64,000 nt of DNA from an uncultured Armatimonadetes bacterium (GTDB lineage Bacteria; Armatimonadota; Hebobacteria; Hebobacterales; Hebobacteraceae): contig OY970296.1 of assembly GCA_963716175.1 (NCBI GenBank), forward strand, positions 2,336,001 through 2,400,000. The letters are read 5' to 3'. Below the pieces are notes generated by a model that saw nothing but the letters and a program-made list of their open reading frames with translations, made no database searches and had not been told where the DNA came from. The translations under genes and the position numbers were made by a program. Of this stretch, positions 1-9,561 are shown piece by piece (position 1 is the stretch's first letter; each line of letters begins with the position of its first letter).

Positions 1-440
1 CTCTGCCCAAGCGACGGCCCGAAGACGGGCATTCGCCGCGGCCCTGCTGTGCCTCACCATTGCCTCCGTTATCCCTACCTGTCCTACCCGTCGAACTGCA
101 ACCTGCTCCGTACTACAGATACACCAAGAACCCACGTCGCGTCGGTCGGAAATCCGACGAGACCTGCAGTGATAGCTGCCTTTGTCATCCCAAACGTGCA
201 AAAAGGCAGTGATCGTCGCACAGATCACAGCGTGATGGTCTGATGAGGGCACATGGACCGATCCAAGCGGCCCGGACCATGTGTGCGGAAGCTCGGGACC
301 GCCTTTGACAGGGACGAGCGGTCTCCGCGCAGGTTGACCGCTATGGGCGGCGCGGTCTCACGCTCGCCGTCTCCTGCATCGGAGTAGGGCTGAGCCGCGG
401 GCAGGAGCGGCTGCGGTGGCGCGGCAGTTGACGCCGCGCG

Positions 441-650
441 TCAGCTTGCCCACTCCAGTAGCTCGGCACGGACCTCTCGCCCCTCCTCCGTCGCCTGCAG
501 GCAGAGCAAGCCCAGGTACTGATCTTGGCAGGCCTCGGCAACGAGGTAGAACTCCTGGCCTGTGCGGACATACTCGTCCATCTTCGCCAGACAGGTCGCG
601 ATCGCGATCTCGTCATCAGAGTGCGGGGCGGCAGCGCGGCGACGGAACAT
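441..650 (-). CDS. small hypothetical protein
   Basis: 69-aa ORF starting 10 nt after the chrA stop on the same strand; protein-like composition; no recognised motif. Confidence 0.35.
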   Translation of the reverse strand: MFRRRAAAPHSDDEIAIATCLAKMDEYVRTGQEFYLVAEACQDQYLGLLCLQATEEGREVRAELLEWAS

Positions 651-659
651 AGGTGGCGC

Positions 660-1838
660 TCACCATCCCAGCCACTTCACCGCCAGCCCGACAGCGCCGC
701 CTCCGAGCACGAGCCACAGGGAGTTCACGCGAAATCGCAGCAGCAGCACAGCGCTCACCCCGGCCAGCACCAAAGTCGTGACGCTCACGATGGCAGCTCG
801 ACCGAGCTGCCAGGTCACCACCGCCATCAGCGCGAGCGAGGCGACGTTGACGCCGTCGAGGAAGGCGCCGGCAGTCTTCGAGCGGCGCAGCCGCGGCACG
901 AGCGGGCCGCTCGCGGCAACAAAGACGAACGCGGGTAGGAAGATGCCCAGCGTGGCGAGCGCCGCGCCAGGCAGACCGCCCAGCATGTACCCGATGAAGG
1001 TGGCCGTGGTGAACACCGGCCCGGGCGTTACCTGACCGACGGCCACCGCGTCCAGGAGTTGGCTCTCCGTCATCCAGTGCAGTCGGTGCACGAGATCCGC
1101 CCGCAGGAAAGCGAGCAGGACGTAGCCGCTGCCGAACAGCACGGAGCCTATCTTGAGGAACGTCAGGAACAGGATGCTGAGGCTGAAGGAGGCGGCCGTC
1201 CCCATGGCCACGCCGGCTGCCGCCAGCCCTGGCATCGCGAGCAACGCCGCCGGCGGCCTCTCCCGGGTTCGACGCGCCCATTGCGGTGCCGCGGCCAGCG
1301 CTCCAGCGATGGCCAGCAGCGCGATCTCATTCACCCCGAAGTAGCTCGCCACGGCGGCGGCGACGCCTAGCACCGCGAGCAGCCGGGTCTTCACCGCGCT
1401 CCGCGTGAGGCCCCACAGTGCCTGGAGCACGACCGCGATGATGACCGGCTTCACACCATAGAGAAGGGCGTCCGTCTCCGGCAGGGATCTGAAACGCACG
1501 TAGCTCCAGGCGAAAGCGAGCACGATGAGCGCCGCCGGCAGGATGAAACACGAGCCCGCGACCAGCAGCCCGGGCCAACCCCCGCGGCGGTGACCGACGT
1601 GAATGGCCATCTCGGTGGAGTTCGGACCTGGGATGAGATTCGTGGCGCCGAGCAGGTCGAGGAACTCCTCCCCCGTGAGCCACTGCCGGCGGCGCACGAC
1701 CTCATCCTCCATCATCGCAATGTGCGCGGCCGGACCCCCGAAGGCCGTTGTCCCGAGCCGGAGAAAGAGGAGCGCCAACTCGCGGAGAGCGCGCCGACGG
1801 GATCCCCTCGTTCCGTCGGCCGGCGCCAGCTCACCCAT
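660..1838 (-). CDS. chrA: chromate efflux transporter, long-chain CHR (bidomain)
   Basis: Two CHR repeats (FLRLGTTAFGGP...IPGPNS and FLKIGSVLFGSG...GQVTPGPV); ATG at 1838 overlaps the doxX stop. Confidence 0.93.
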   Translation of the reverse strand: MGELAPADGTRGSRRRALRELALLFLRLGTTAFGGPAAHIAMMEDEVVRRRQWLTGEEFLDLLGATNLIPGPNSTEMAIHVGHRRGGWPGLLVAGSCFILPAALIVLAFAWSYVRFRSLPETDALLYGVKPVIIAVVLQALWGLTRSAVKTRLLAVLGVAAAVASYFGVNEIALLAIAGALAAAPQWARRTRERPPAALLAMPGLAAAGVAMGTAASFSLSILFLTFLKIGSVLFGSGYVLLAFLRADLVHRLHWMTESQLLDAVAVGQVTPGPVFTTATFIGYMLGGLPGAALATLGIFLPAFVFVAASGPLVPRLRRSKTAGAFLDGVNVASLALMAVVTWQLGRAAIVSVTTLVLAGVSAVLLLRFRVNSLWLVLGGGAVGLAVKWLGW

Positions 1839-2295
1839 CGCGGCGCGCCAGCCTTCGGGCAAGGGCCGAGTCGAGCGACCAGGCCCCAGCGCCGACAGCA
1901 AGCAGGAATAGCAGGCTCATGAACATGGAGTAGTCGGTTCGGGCGGGATCCTCCATCGCGAAGAAGCCGCTCTTCAGGAGGATGGGCACTTTGGTCGTGG
2001 CAATAGCCACGCTGATGTCAATGAGCAGTAGCACAGCCCCCAGCCGCGTGAGCAGCCCGAACAAGAGCAGCAGCCCACAGACAATCTCGACCACTCCCAC
2101 AAACGGGCCGGTGAACTCCGGGAAGGGGATGCCAATCCTGGCAAAGCGCCCGACGCCCCACTGAGCGGCGAACAGGAACTTCTTCACCCCTTCGGTGAAG
2201 AACACACCACCGGCAAGGAATCGGATGAGAATCGCTGCCGCTGGAGCCTGGCTAGCTATGAGAGCGGCGGCCCATCTCCGGAGTGTTGCGCTCAT
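1831..2295 (-). CDS. DoxX family membrane protein
   Basis: RFLAGGVFFTEGVKKF, EIVCGLLLLFGLLTR and GAGAWSLD motifs; start placed at ATG 2295. Confidence 0.88.
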   Translation of the reverse strand: MSATLRRWAAALIASQAPAAAILIRFLAGGVFFTEGVKKFLFAAQWGVGRFARIGIPFPEFTGPFVGVVEIVCGLLLLFGLLTRLGAVLLLIDISVAIATTKVPILLKSGFFAMEDPARTDYSMFMSLLFLLAVGAGAWSLDSALARRLARRDG

Positions 2296-2378
2296 CGCTT
2301 TGGCCCGAACTGGGAAGGATACCTGCCGCCACTCGGCTTGAGCCAGGTGGCGAAGTGCCGTCATTTGCAGAGCAACGC
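2296..2378 (-). ncRNA. candidate cis-regulatory RNA, monovalent-cation riboswitch-like (nhaA/DUF1646-type)
   Basis: Leader UGCUCU...ACGGCAC-[hairpin CGCCAC...GUGGCG]-GCAGGU...GUUCGGGCCAAAGCG ends at the doxX ATG; resemblance to the motif consensus is from memory only. Confidence 0.45.
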
Positions 2379-2385
2379 TCGCGCT

Positions 2386-2413
2386 ATTCTGCGGGGCGCA
2401 AGCAAGGTGTCAA
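2386..2413 (-). promoter_or_regulatory. sigma70-type promoter for doxX-chrA
   Basis: TTGACA-N16-CAGAAT on the minus strand, just upstream of the structured leader. Confidence 0.5.
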
Positions 2414-2673
2414 TGCCCTTCTAGCGACATGGAGACCGATGGGCCCTCACGTGTGTCGGCGCGACGTCTCTGGCGCTCCAGAGAGACTCCTTCCTTCGTC
2501 AGCCAGATCGCTTGGGAGGGGCATTGCGCGAGGCACATCCCGCAGCCGGTGTACCGGGCCTCGCGCGACGGCCCGCGCCACTCCCCTCCGCTCCCAACTC
2601 GAACCCGAGCACCCGGCCCCTTTCATCGCCTCGGGGAGTGGCCATCACAACAGGAGTCGGGTGTGAGCAGGCA

Positions 2674-3195
2674 TCAGCGCTCGATCAGGAACCCGGCGAC
2701 GCCAGCCCCAATCACCACGTAGACCGCGTCCACCTTGTATCTCACGAGCAGAACCAGAGCGGCTAACACCAGGAGCAGGAGGCGCCAGTCGAACCACACG
2801 GTGGAGCGGGCGATGGTGAAGGCGGCCATGAGCAGCATCGCCACCACCGCCGGCAGCACCCCGCGCAGGAAGCCAGCAACGCGGGGGTTGCTGCGAAGGC
2901 GGATCAGCTGCCTTGCCGCCAACGCCGTCATGAGAAATGACGGCAGGAAGACCGCCAGCGTCGCCACCACGGCTCCGGCCACTCCCTGCACCTTGTAGCC
3001 GATGAAGGTAGCCGAAATCAGGATGGGGCCGGGGGTGATCTGGCCCAAGGCAATGGCGTCGGCAAACTGCTGCTGGGTCAGCCAGCCGTAGTGGCGGACC
3101 ACCTCCCGCTGGACAAACGGGATCATCACGAAGCCGCCGCCGAATACCACGGCCCCGATCTTGGCGAAGACCAGGGCCAGCCGCAGCAGGTTCAC
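2674..3195 (-). CDS. short-chain chromate transporter subunit
   Basis: FAKIGAVVFGGG and GQITPGPI motifs; GTG at 3195 overlaps the upstream TGA. Confidence 0.9.
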   Translation of the reverse strand: MNLLRLALVFAKIGAVVFGGGFVMIPFVQREVVRHYGWLTQQQFADAIALGQITPGPILISATFIGYKVQGVAGAVVATLAVFLPSFLMTALAARQLIRLRSNPRVAGFLRGVLPAVVAMLLMAAFTIARSTVWFDWRLLLLVLAALVLLVRYKVDAVYVVIGAGVAGFLIER

Positions 3196-3779
3196 TGTGC
3201 CACCGCCTTCGGCTTGGGCATCAGGAGCAGCGCTCCCATCGCGCCGCACCCCAGCACCAGGATGACCAGGTTGGCGTGGAGCACGGCCGCGGCGAGGGCA
3301 GCCAGCGCCAGCACTGCTTGCGCCCCGCTCTTGAGGGATGATCTGCCAATGCGATAGGCGACCGAGAGCACCAGGGCAACCACGGCCGCGTTCAGCCCCT
3401 TGAACACCCCGTGCAGTTGTGGCACCTGGCCGTAGTGCAGGTAGGCGATGGTGAGACCCAGCATGATGGCAAAGGCGGGGAGCAGCAGCGCGAGCAGGCA
3501 GACCGTCGCCCCTGCCCATCCGCGCAGCCGATACCCAACGTAGACCGCGGTGTCAACGGCGATGGGCCCGGGCAGGAGGTTGGCCAGGGCCACTCCGTCA
3601 GCAAACTCCTCCTGGCTCAGCCAGGACCGCCGTGTCACGACCTCCTGTTGGAGGACGCCGACCATACCCATGCCGAACCCGGTGGTGCCGACCTTCAGCA
3701 TCAGGCCCCCCAGCTGCGGGAAGGTTGCCTTCCGGTGATGGCGCCAAGCGTCTGCAGTGGGACCGCTGGTGGCATTCAT
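3192..3779 (-). CDS. short-chain chromate transporter subunit
   Basis: LKVGTTGFG, EEFADGVALANLLPGPIA and VGYRLRG motifs; paired with 2674-3195. Confidence 0.9.
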   Translation of the reverse strand: MNATSGPTADAWRHHRKATFPQLGGLMLKVGTTGFGMGMVGVLQQEVVTRRSWLSQEEFADGVALANLLPGPIAVDTAVYVGYRLRGWAGATVCLLALLLPAFAIMLGLTIAYLHYGQVPQLHGVFKGLNAAVVALVLSVAYRIGRSSLKSGAQAVLALAALAAAVLHANLVILVLGCGAMGALLLMPKPKAVAQ

Positions 3780-3801
3780 GTCGTCACCCCAATCGCTCCT
3801 C

Positions 3802-4167
3802 TCACCCGGACTTGAGGTCGAGGACGGGGCTGCCATCGCGTGCGTCCAGGTCCTCCACGACCAGTCGGTTGCCCTCACGGCGCAGCAGCCGCACCCGGGT
3901 CATCCCGATCGGGTTCGGCCTCATCGGGCTGTGAAGCGCGAAGACACCTCGCTTGGGCCGGCTGCGATCGCCCATGGGGTGAGCGCGGAGGATCTGCCGG
4001 TCCTTGGGAGCAAGCTCGTGCATCCAGTAGAGGACCCAGAGGTGCTCTAGCTGCTCCACGCCCTCCAGACCGTCGAGGAACTGCGCATAGATCTCGACCT
4101 CGGCTGCTTTCCCCTCGGCTGCTGCCTGCACCTGCCCAATCGGCCGTACCTCGATACTCTCGGTCAT
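3802..4167 (-). CDS. TsaA/TrmO-like SAM-binding methyltransferase
   Basis: RPIG, LWVLYWMH, GVFALHSPMRPNPIG and LDARDGSPVLDLK motifs. Confidence 0.85.
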   Translation of the reverse strand: MTESIEVRPIGQVQAAAEGKAAEVEIYAQFLDGLEGVEQLEHLWVLYWMHELAPKDRQILRAHPMGDRSRPKRGVFALHSPMRPNPIGMTRVRLLRREGNRLVVEDLDARDGSPVLDLKSG

Positions 4168-4209
4168 CCCATCCCTCCGATACCAAAGCGAGACCTGCGC
4201 ATGTCCTGG

Positions 4210-4911
4210 TCAGTGCGCCACGTAGATCAGATACAGCCCGCCACATAGAACCAGCACCCCGCACACCTTCCCCAGGACGTCGGCCCCGCGCGAGCGTTCA
4301 TTCCAGCGCAGATACTGCTGCACCGCCTCGGTCGAAGCGCCCGCGGCGACGATGACCGAGCAGTGGCCAAGGCCGAACGCCAGCAGCAGCGCGGCCGCGG
4401 ACACCAAGCTCGTGGCCGCCACCCGGAGGGTGAGGCCGAGCATGGGCGCCATATAGGCGAAAGTGCACGGCCCGACGGCCACGCCGAAGATGAGCCCCAG
4501 GATGAAGCCAGCAAGGAGCCCGCGCTGCTTCACTCCCAACTGCCCTGGTCCCGACCAGGGGAGGCGGACCACCCCGATGAGGTGTAGGCCTACGGCGAAG
4601 AAGATGAGAGCAACCAGGTAGTTGCCGTATCTGCCCACATCTCCCATCATCCGGCCGAGCGCAGCAGTGACCGCGCCGATGAGCGCAATGGTCGTGAGAA
4701 TGCCCACCGCGAACGCAATCGAGATGGCCAGCGCGCGCCGGGCAGTCAGGTTCGGTCGTTCACCGATGAACCCGACGATCAGCGGAATGCTCGACAGGTG
4801 ACAGGGGCTCAGCAAGATGCTGAGCATCCCCCAGACGAAGGCCGCGCCCAGGCCCAGGGCGGGCGTGCCCTGGACTGCGCGCGTGAGGGCTGTCAGCAGC
4901 TGGTCCACCAC
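4210..4911 (-). CDS. ccdA: CcdA/DsbD-type thiol-disulfide transporter
   Basis: LSPCHLSSIP and GPCTFAYMAP cysteine motifs; about six TM segments. Confidence 0.88.
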   Translation of the reverse strand: MVDQLLTALTRAVQGTPALGLGAAFVWGMLSILLSPCHLSSIPLIVGFIGERPNLTARRALAISIAFAVGILTTIALIGAVTAALGRMMGDVGRYGNYLVALIFFAVGLHLIGVVRLPWSGPGQLGVKQRGLLAGFILGLIFGVAVGPCTFAYMAPMLGLTLRVAATSLVSAAALLLAFGLGHCSVIVAAGASTEAVQQYLRWNERSRGADVLGKVCGVLVLCGGLYLIYVAH

Positions 4912-5141
4912 TGCTTCGTACCCAGCCTGCGCAGCATCGCGTCAGCGGCAAACCAGCTCATCGCGCCGCCCTCAGTCAGCTGCGGCAGAGCTTTGGGTCT
5001 GGCGGCGTGCGCCTGCGACCCCAGCGGGGCCGGAGACCATGGCACAGAGACCGTGCTGGCGCGGTTCCGCTTGCCAGCGAGCACAACCACTACCGCGACG
5101 AACAGGGCAACAATGACAAGGATCTTCCAGGCCTCTCGCAT
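4893..5141 (-). pseudogene. exported thioredoxin-like protein remnant
   Basis: N-terminal anchor MREAWKILVIVALF... leads to KALPQL, then lacks the CxxC core; sits just before ccdA. Confidence 0.45.
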
Positions 5142-5279
5142 GGATCAGCATGCTCCTGTCATGGAATCCGTCCGGGGACACCGTCAAACGCGGATGGTAG
5201 GGACCTGGCCGCTGGCCCAGCGCGAGGCATCCCCGGTGTGCATCGCCCAGCGCCGCGGCCCAGGACGGCTGCCTGACCC

Positions 5280-5388
5280 GCAACCAGCTTCTTGATCTTG
5301 TCGGAGCTCAGCACCCGGCCTGCTGGACATTAGCCAGCAGCTCTTTACATCTGGCGCAGCCAGTTCCGACTATCTGCAGTTTCACCAT
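5280..5388 (-). pseudogene. small redox-active disulfide protein (thioredoxin family), internally deleted
   Basis: AGGAGG RBS; MVKLQIVGTGCARCKELLANVQQA is joined out of frame to the family C-terminus AGRVLSSDKIKKLV. Confidence 0.75.
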
Positions 5389-5429
5389 CTACCTCCTATC
5401 CCCTCGCCGCATCCCTGCCCCGCCCTCGA

Positions 5430-5605
5430 TCACAGGACGGCGACCTTCAGGCCGAACATCGCCAGCAGCATCACCAGCGCGACCTCGTTCACCAGCGGGG
5501 AGGAGATCAGAAATGAGAAAGTCACCCGCAGGGGGATGCCGGACTCCACAAAACCGATGAACAGCGGACAGGCGCGAGCAGGTAGTATCGCCAGGAGGCC
5601 GCCCT
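5430..5605 (-). pseudogene. arsP: ArsP (DUF318) permease internal fragment
   Basis: Translates as PLFIGFVESGIPLRVTFSFLISSPLVNEVALVMLLAMFGLKVAVL*; both termini missing. Confidence 0.75.
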
Positions 5606-5646
5606 GGTCTCAGACCGTAGTTGTGTTCGCCAGATATCCTCGACCA

Positions 5647-6390
5647 TCAAGCCTCATCCTGTGTTCTTGAGAGCTGACTGCCACCCCGGCGCAGGTGGGC
5701 CGCGAACTCGTGCGGGAGATCCGTGGCCTCGATAGCCCGCGCCGCGGCCTCGACGTCATAGGGCACACGCGGGAAGGTCGCCCGGAGGTCGTCCCCCAGC
5801 TCGACCAGGGCGTAGCCGACGCGTGGGTTGCCACCCCTCGGGCGGCCGGCGCTGCCCACATTGATCAGATGCATGTCCCCGACGCGTCGGTGGTAGGGAA
5901 GATGGGTGTGGCCCACGAGTACCACGTCCGCCTCCAGCCCCGCGAGCATCCTCTTCAGGCTGCGCTCGGGCCGATCCTCATAGAGATACTCGTTCAGCCG
6001 GCGCGGGCTGCCGTGCACGCACAGTACCCGCCATCGCTTGAAGGTGAAGCGCAGCTCGCGGGGCAGGGCTCGCAGCCAGGCCTTGTTCTCCGGGCTCACG
6101 GTCGCTCGGGTCCAGCGCAGAGACCGGTCTCCCCTCTCCGCGTCCACCGGATCCGTGTAGGCGCAGCCGCATTCCTCGCGGTCGAAGCCCACGCCGTCGT
6201 CGTAGTTGCCGGTGACGGTGGGGATGCCGGCCTCTCGAACGGACTGGATCACCTCGTTCGGGAAGGCGCCGTAGCCCACCAGATCGCCGAGGCACACGAT
6301 CTGGCCGGCCGCGTGCCCGGCGATATCGCGGAGCACCGCCTCCAGTGCATGCAGGTTCGCGTGGACGTCAGAAAACGCGGCAATCAGCAC
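5647..6390 (-). CDS. calcineurin-like metallophosphoesterase
   Basis: DVHAN, GDLVGYG, GNYD, HGSP, GHTH and NVGSAG motifs. Confidence 0.92.
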   Translation of the reverse strand: MLIAAFSDVHANLHALEAVLRDIAGHAAGQIVCLGDLVGYGAFPNEVIQSVREAGIPTVTGNYDDGVGFDREECGCAYTDPVDAERGDRSLRWTRATVSPENKAWLRALPRELRFTFKRWRVLCVHGSPRRLNEYLYEDRPERSLKRMLAGLEADVVLVGHTHLPYHRRVGDMHLINVGSAGRPRGGNPRVGYALVELGDDLRATFPRVPYDVEAAARAIEATDLPHEFAAHLRRGGSQLSRTQDEA

Positions 6391-6403
6391 CCCGCCCTCC
6401 GGT

Positions 6404-6592
6404 TCATCTGTGCGGCATACCCATGGAGGGCCCTTCGAATTCGGGCCTGCAACTGGACTTCAGGCGCAGATCGATCTTGGCCTTGACCGCCAGCTTCAGG
6501 AACTCGAGTGCGCCCTTCTCGTCATGGTCAATGAGGATCTCCTCCAGCCGGATCTGCTCAGCATCATCCAGTGTCACCGTCACGTTCGGCAT
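6404..6592 (-). CDS. small hypothetical protein
   Basis: 62 aa; CAGGAGG RBS; in-operon position. Confidence 0.65.
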   Translation of the reverse strand: MPNVTVTLDDAEQIRLEEILIDHDEKGALEFLKLAVKAKIDLRLKSSCRPEFEGPSMGMPHR

Positions 6593-6616
6593 GCGACGCG
6601 CCTCCTGAGCGGCAGC

Positions 6617-6946
6617 CTACTCCGCTGCCATCGTGATCGTCACATCTCTGGGCAGGGCCACCCGCGCGGCGGCCTGAAGGGATTTGAAGACGCCGACCGG
6701 CACCGCGCACCCGGCGCAGCACCCCGACAGGCTGGCGCGCACCGCGTTCATCACCACACCGCCAAACCCGGCCCCGATCTCATCGTAGGCGTCGATCTCC
6801 CTGCCTTTGAGGGACTCGGCCAGCCCCGCGATCTTCTGGCAGTCGGTTTCGATCTCAAGGGTCACCATCTGGTCATCCGGGGAATGGGCCGTGATCGTGG
6901 TGGTGAAGCCGCAGACGCCGGCCTGCACTCGCGCAACGCAGTTCAT
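6617..6946 (-). CDS. Cys-rich hypothetical protein (DUF6951-like)
   Basis: GVCGF, TDC and CCAGCAVP motifs; ATGA overlap with the arsM stop. Confidence 0.75.
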   Translation of the reverse strand: MNCVARVQAGVCGFTTTITAHSPDDQMVTLEIETDCQKIAGLAESLKGREIDAYDEIGAGFGGVVMNAVRASLSGCCAGCAVPVGVFKSLQAAARVALPRDVTITMAAE

Positions 6947-7743
6947 ACTGGGCCTCCCGAGGGCGACTTCCGTGCTGTCACGTGAATGCTAGTCACCGCT
7001 GCCACCAGTTCCGACTCGTCCAGTCCCTGGCCGCAGCAGTCGCTGGCGAGCAATGGAGCAGCATCGGCCTCGGATACGACACGAACCTCCTGTAGCCCCG
7101 CAGCCGCCAGCCCAGCCAGGTACTCAGAGCGGGTGACGGCCCCAGAGACGCAGGAGCAGTAGGCGCCCTCATCGCCCTTCAGCGATTCGGGCAGGGGGCC
7201 CTCCAGGACAATGTCGGAGAGCGCCACTCGTCCCCCTGGCTTGAGCACGCGCACGATCTCCTGGAACGCGCTTGGCTTGTCCGGCACTAGGTTGAGGACA
7301 CAGTTGCTGATCACCAGGTCGGCCGACGCGTCCTCCACGGGCAGACTCTCGATATCGCCCAAGCGGAACTCGACGTTGGCGTAGCCACCCTTGACCGCAT
7401 TGGCGCGCGCCTTCTCCACCATCTCCGGCGTGATATCCACTCCGATCACGCGGCCCGTGGGGCCCACGCGGGCTGCGGCGAGGAAAGCATCGAGCCCGGC
7501 CCCGGAGCCGAGGTCAAGCACGGTCTCGCCCGGCTGAATGGTGGCGAGCGCGAGGGGATTGCCACAGCCCAGGCCGAGGTTCGCCCCGGCCGGCGCCCCG
7601 GCCAGGTCCTCTTGAGTGTAGCCGATACCCTCGGCCGCGGTGGATGCAGCATCACAGCAGCTCAACTGCCCGCAGCAGCCTTGGTGTGCGCCTTCGGCGA
7701 TAGCTCCGTAGCGCTCTTTCACCCATTGCTTTGGTTGAGACAT
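6943..7743 (-). CDS. arsM: arsenite S-adenosylmethionine methyltransferase
   Basis: [18 protein letters not shown] and VISNCVLNL motifs; N-terminal CC pairs. Confidence 0.95.
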   Translation of the reverse strand: MSQPKQWVKERYGAIAEGAHQGCCGQLSCCDAASTAAEGIGYTQEDLAGAPAGANLGLGCGNPLALATIQPGETVLDLGSGAGLDAFLAAARVGPTGRVIGVDITPEMVEKARANAVKGGYANVEFRLGDIESLPVEDASADLVISNCVLNLVPDKPSAFQEIVRVLKPGGRVALSDIVLEGPLPESLKGDEGAYCSCVSGAVTRSEYLAGLAAAGLQEVRVVSEADAAPLLASDCCGQGLDESELVAAVTSIHVTARKSPSGGPV

Positions 7744-7761
7744 GCCAGCTACTACCTCCCT

Positions 7762-8073
7762 CTAGCGTTCCTTCGATCTCGTGGGATCATAGCCAACGGG
7801 CTGCTTTCGCAGCTCCCGCGCCCACAAGCGCACCTGCTCGAGCACGGGCTTTAGGCGCTCCGGGTCACCTCTCTCACCCGACAGCATGTACCCCAGCATC
7901 AGCACGTTCGCCTGCACGCCGGTAGGGCACCAATCGTCCTTGGGGTCGAAGCTGCGCATGCCCGGAGGCGGCAGGTCGGACTTGCGGTACCGGCACCACC
8001 GCTTCATCTCCAATCCCAGGCCGGCGCAGACGCGGTAGCAGGGGCACTCGATGACCTCGTCCACAGCTCTCAT
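7762..8073 (-). CDS. small Cys-rich hypothetical protein
   Basis: 103 aa beginning [16 protein letters not shown]; ATG overlaps the true acr3 stop (ATGA); hidden in the ORF track as an acr3 fusion. Confidence 0.6.
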   Translation of the reverse strand: MRAVDEVIECPCYRVCAGLGLEMKRWCRYRKSDLPPPGMRSFDPKDDWCPTGVQANVLMLGYMLSGERGDPERLKPVLEQVRLWARELRKQPVGYDPTRSKER

Positions 8074-9144
8074 GGCGTGGCTCCTGCCAGGGCCGGTTCC
8101 TCTCGCGCGAAGTACCGGCGCCGGAAGTAGAGTGACAGGTTCACCAGACTGATCAGCACCGGCACCTCGACCAGCGGGCCGATGACGGTGGCAAACGCCT
8201 GCGCCGAATGGATGCCAAAAACAGCGACCGCAACCGCGATCGGCGAGTTCGAAGTCGTTGCTGGCCCCCGTGAAGGCCAGCGTCGCGGTCTGAGGGTAGC
8301 TTGCTCCGATGCGCTTCGCCAGGAAGAACGTGGCCAGCCACATGAGCGGGAAGTAGGCCAGTAGAGGTAAGGCAACCCGCAGCACGTCCAGGGGCAGCCG
8401 CACGATATAGCCGCCCTTGAGCGAGAACATCACCACGATGGTGAAGAGCAGCGCCACCAGCGTGATCGGGCTGATGCGCGGGATGAACTGTTGCTCGTAC
8501 CACTCCTTGCCCCTGGCTTTGAGCAAGCTGAAGCGTGTGATCAGCCCGGCCAGGAATGGGATGCCCAGGTAGACGAAGACGCTCCGCGCGATCTCTCCCA
8601 TGGAAACCTTCACCACCGCTCCTCTCAAGCCGAGAAACGGCGGCAGGACGGTGATGAAGAGGTACGCATAGACCGAGTAGGTGAGAACCTGGAAGAGCGC
8701 GTTGAAGGCGACCAGGCCGGCGACGTAGTCGGTGTCACCTCTCGCCAGGTCGTTCCAGACCAGCACCATGGCGATGCACCGCGCCAGACCGACCAGGATC
8801 ACACCCACCATGTAGCCAGGCATGTCGCGGAGCAGCAGGATGGCCAGCACGAACATCACGATCGGCCCGATGATCCAGTTCATCACCAAGGCCAGCAGCA
8901 GGAGGCGGCGGTTGGCGAAGACCTTTCCCAGTTCCTCATAGCGGACCTTGGCCAGCGGCGGGTACATCATGAGGATAAGCCCGACGGCAATGGGAATGGA
9001 GGTGGTCCCTACCTGGAGGTGAGTGATGAACCGCACCACTCCGGGCACTGCATAACCCAGCAGCACGCCGAAGGCCATCCCGAGGAAGATCCACAGCGTC
9101 AGGTACCTATCCAGGAAAGACAGCCGCGGCATCGCTCTAGCCAC
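8070..9144 (-). CDS. acr3: ACR3 arsenite efflux transporter, +1 frameshift near 8241
   Basis: [24 protein letters not shown] and ASNDFELA continue as IAVAVAVFG...GPLVEVPVL in another frame (gcc-g-atc). Confidence 0.93.
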
Positions 9145-9547
9145 GTCCCCCGCCCTTCGCCGCGGCCAGCTGTCTGCCCACCACCGCGGCCCCCACCTCG
9201 CACAGTTCCTCCACCGGCATCCGGCGGATGCGCGCCACTCTCTCCGTATCCGAGCGGATCGTCGCGTCCCGTCTGAGCCAGCCTCGCATCAGCGACAGCA
9301 GGGGCAGTGCGTAGTCATTGTCGCGGGACTCGGACAGCCGAAAATGCACCCACTTGCCGGCCTTTCGTTCTTCTACCAGCCCCGCCGCGCGCAGCAGCGA
9401 GAGGTGCTTCGAGACTGTCGAGGCAGAAAGCCCGAGCACGGCCACGATCTGGCAGACGCATAGCTCTCCGCCCTCGAGCATCTTCAGAATGCGGGCCCGG
9501 TTGGCGTCAGCGGCGGCCTTGAGCACCGCCTGGTATTCTCGCAGCAT
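9137..9547 (-). CDS. arsR: ArsR/SmtB transcriptional repressor
   Basis: ELCVCQI metal-binding motif, STVSKHL HTH; GAGGTG RBS; heads the ars operon. Confidence 0.92.
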   Translation of the reverse strand: MLREYQAVLKAAADANRARILKMLEGGELCVCQIVAVLGLSASTVSKHLSLLRAAGLVEERKAGKWVHFRLSESRDNDYALPLLSLMRGWLRRDATIRSDTERVARIRRMPVEELCEVGAAVVGRQLAAAKGGGRG

Positions 9548-9561
9548 ACCGTCACCTCGAC

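Noticed and set aside
240-295. Hammerhead-like CTGATGAG followed by a GCACATGG/CCATGTGT stem
   Set aside because: The required GAAA core after stem II is absent (GGAAG) and no convincing stems I or III are present
1-300. Minus-strand open frame running off the left edge (ATG at 60 with GGAGG)
   Set aside because: Too little sequence to support a call
5308-5310. TGA after Cys in the small thioredoxin as possible selenocysteine
   Set aside because: The family C-terminus is in a different frame; a deletion explains it
7762-9144. 460-aa Acr3 with a Cys-rich C-terminal fusion
   Set aside because: Artefact of the frameshift; the true Acr3 C-terminus ends at 8070 in another frame
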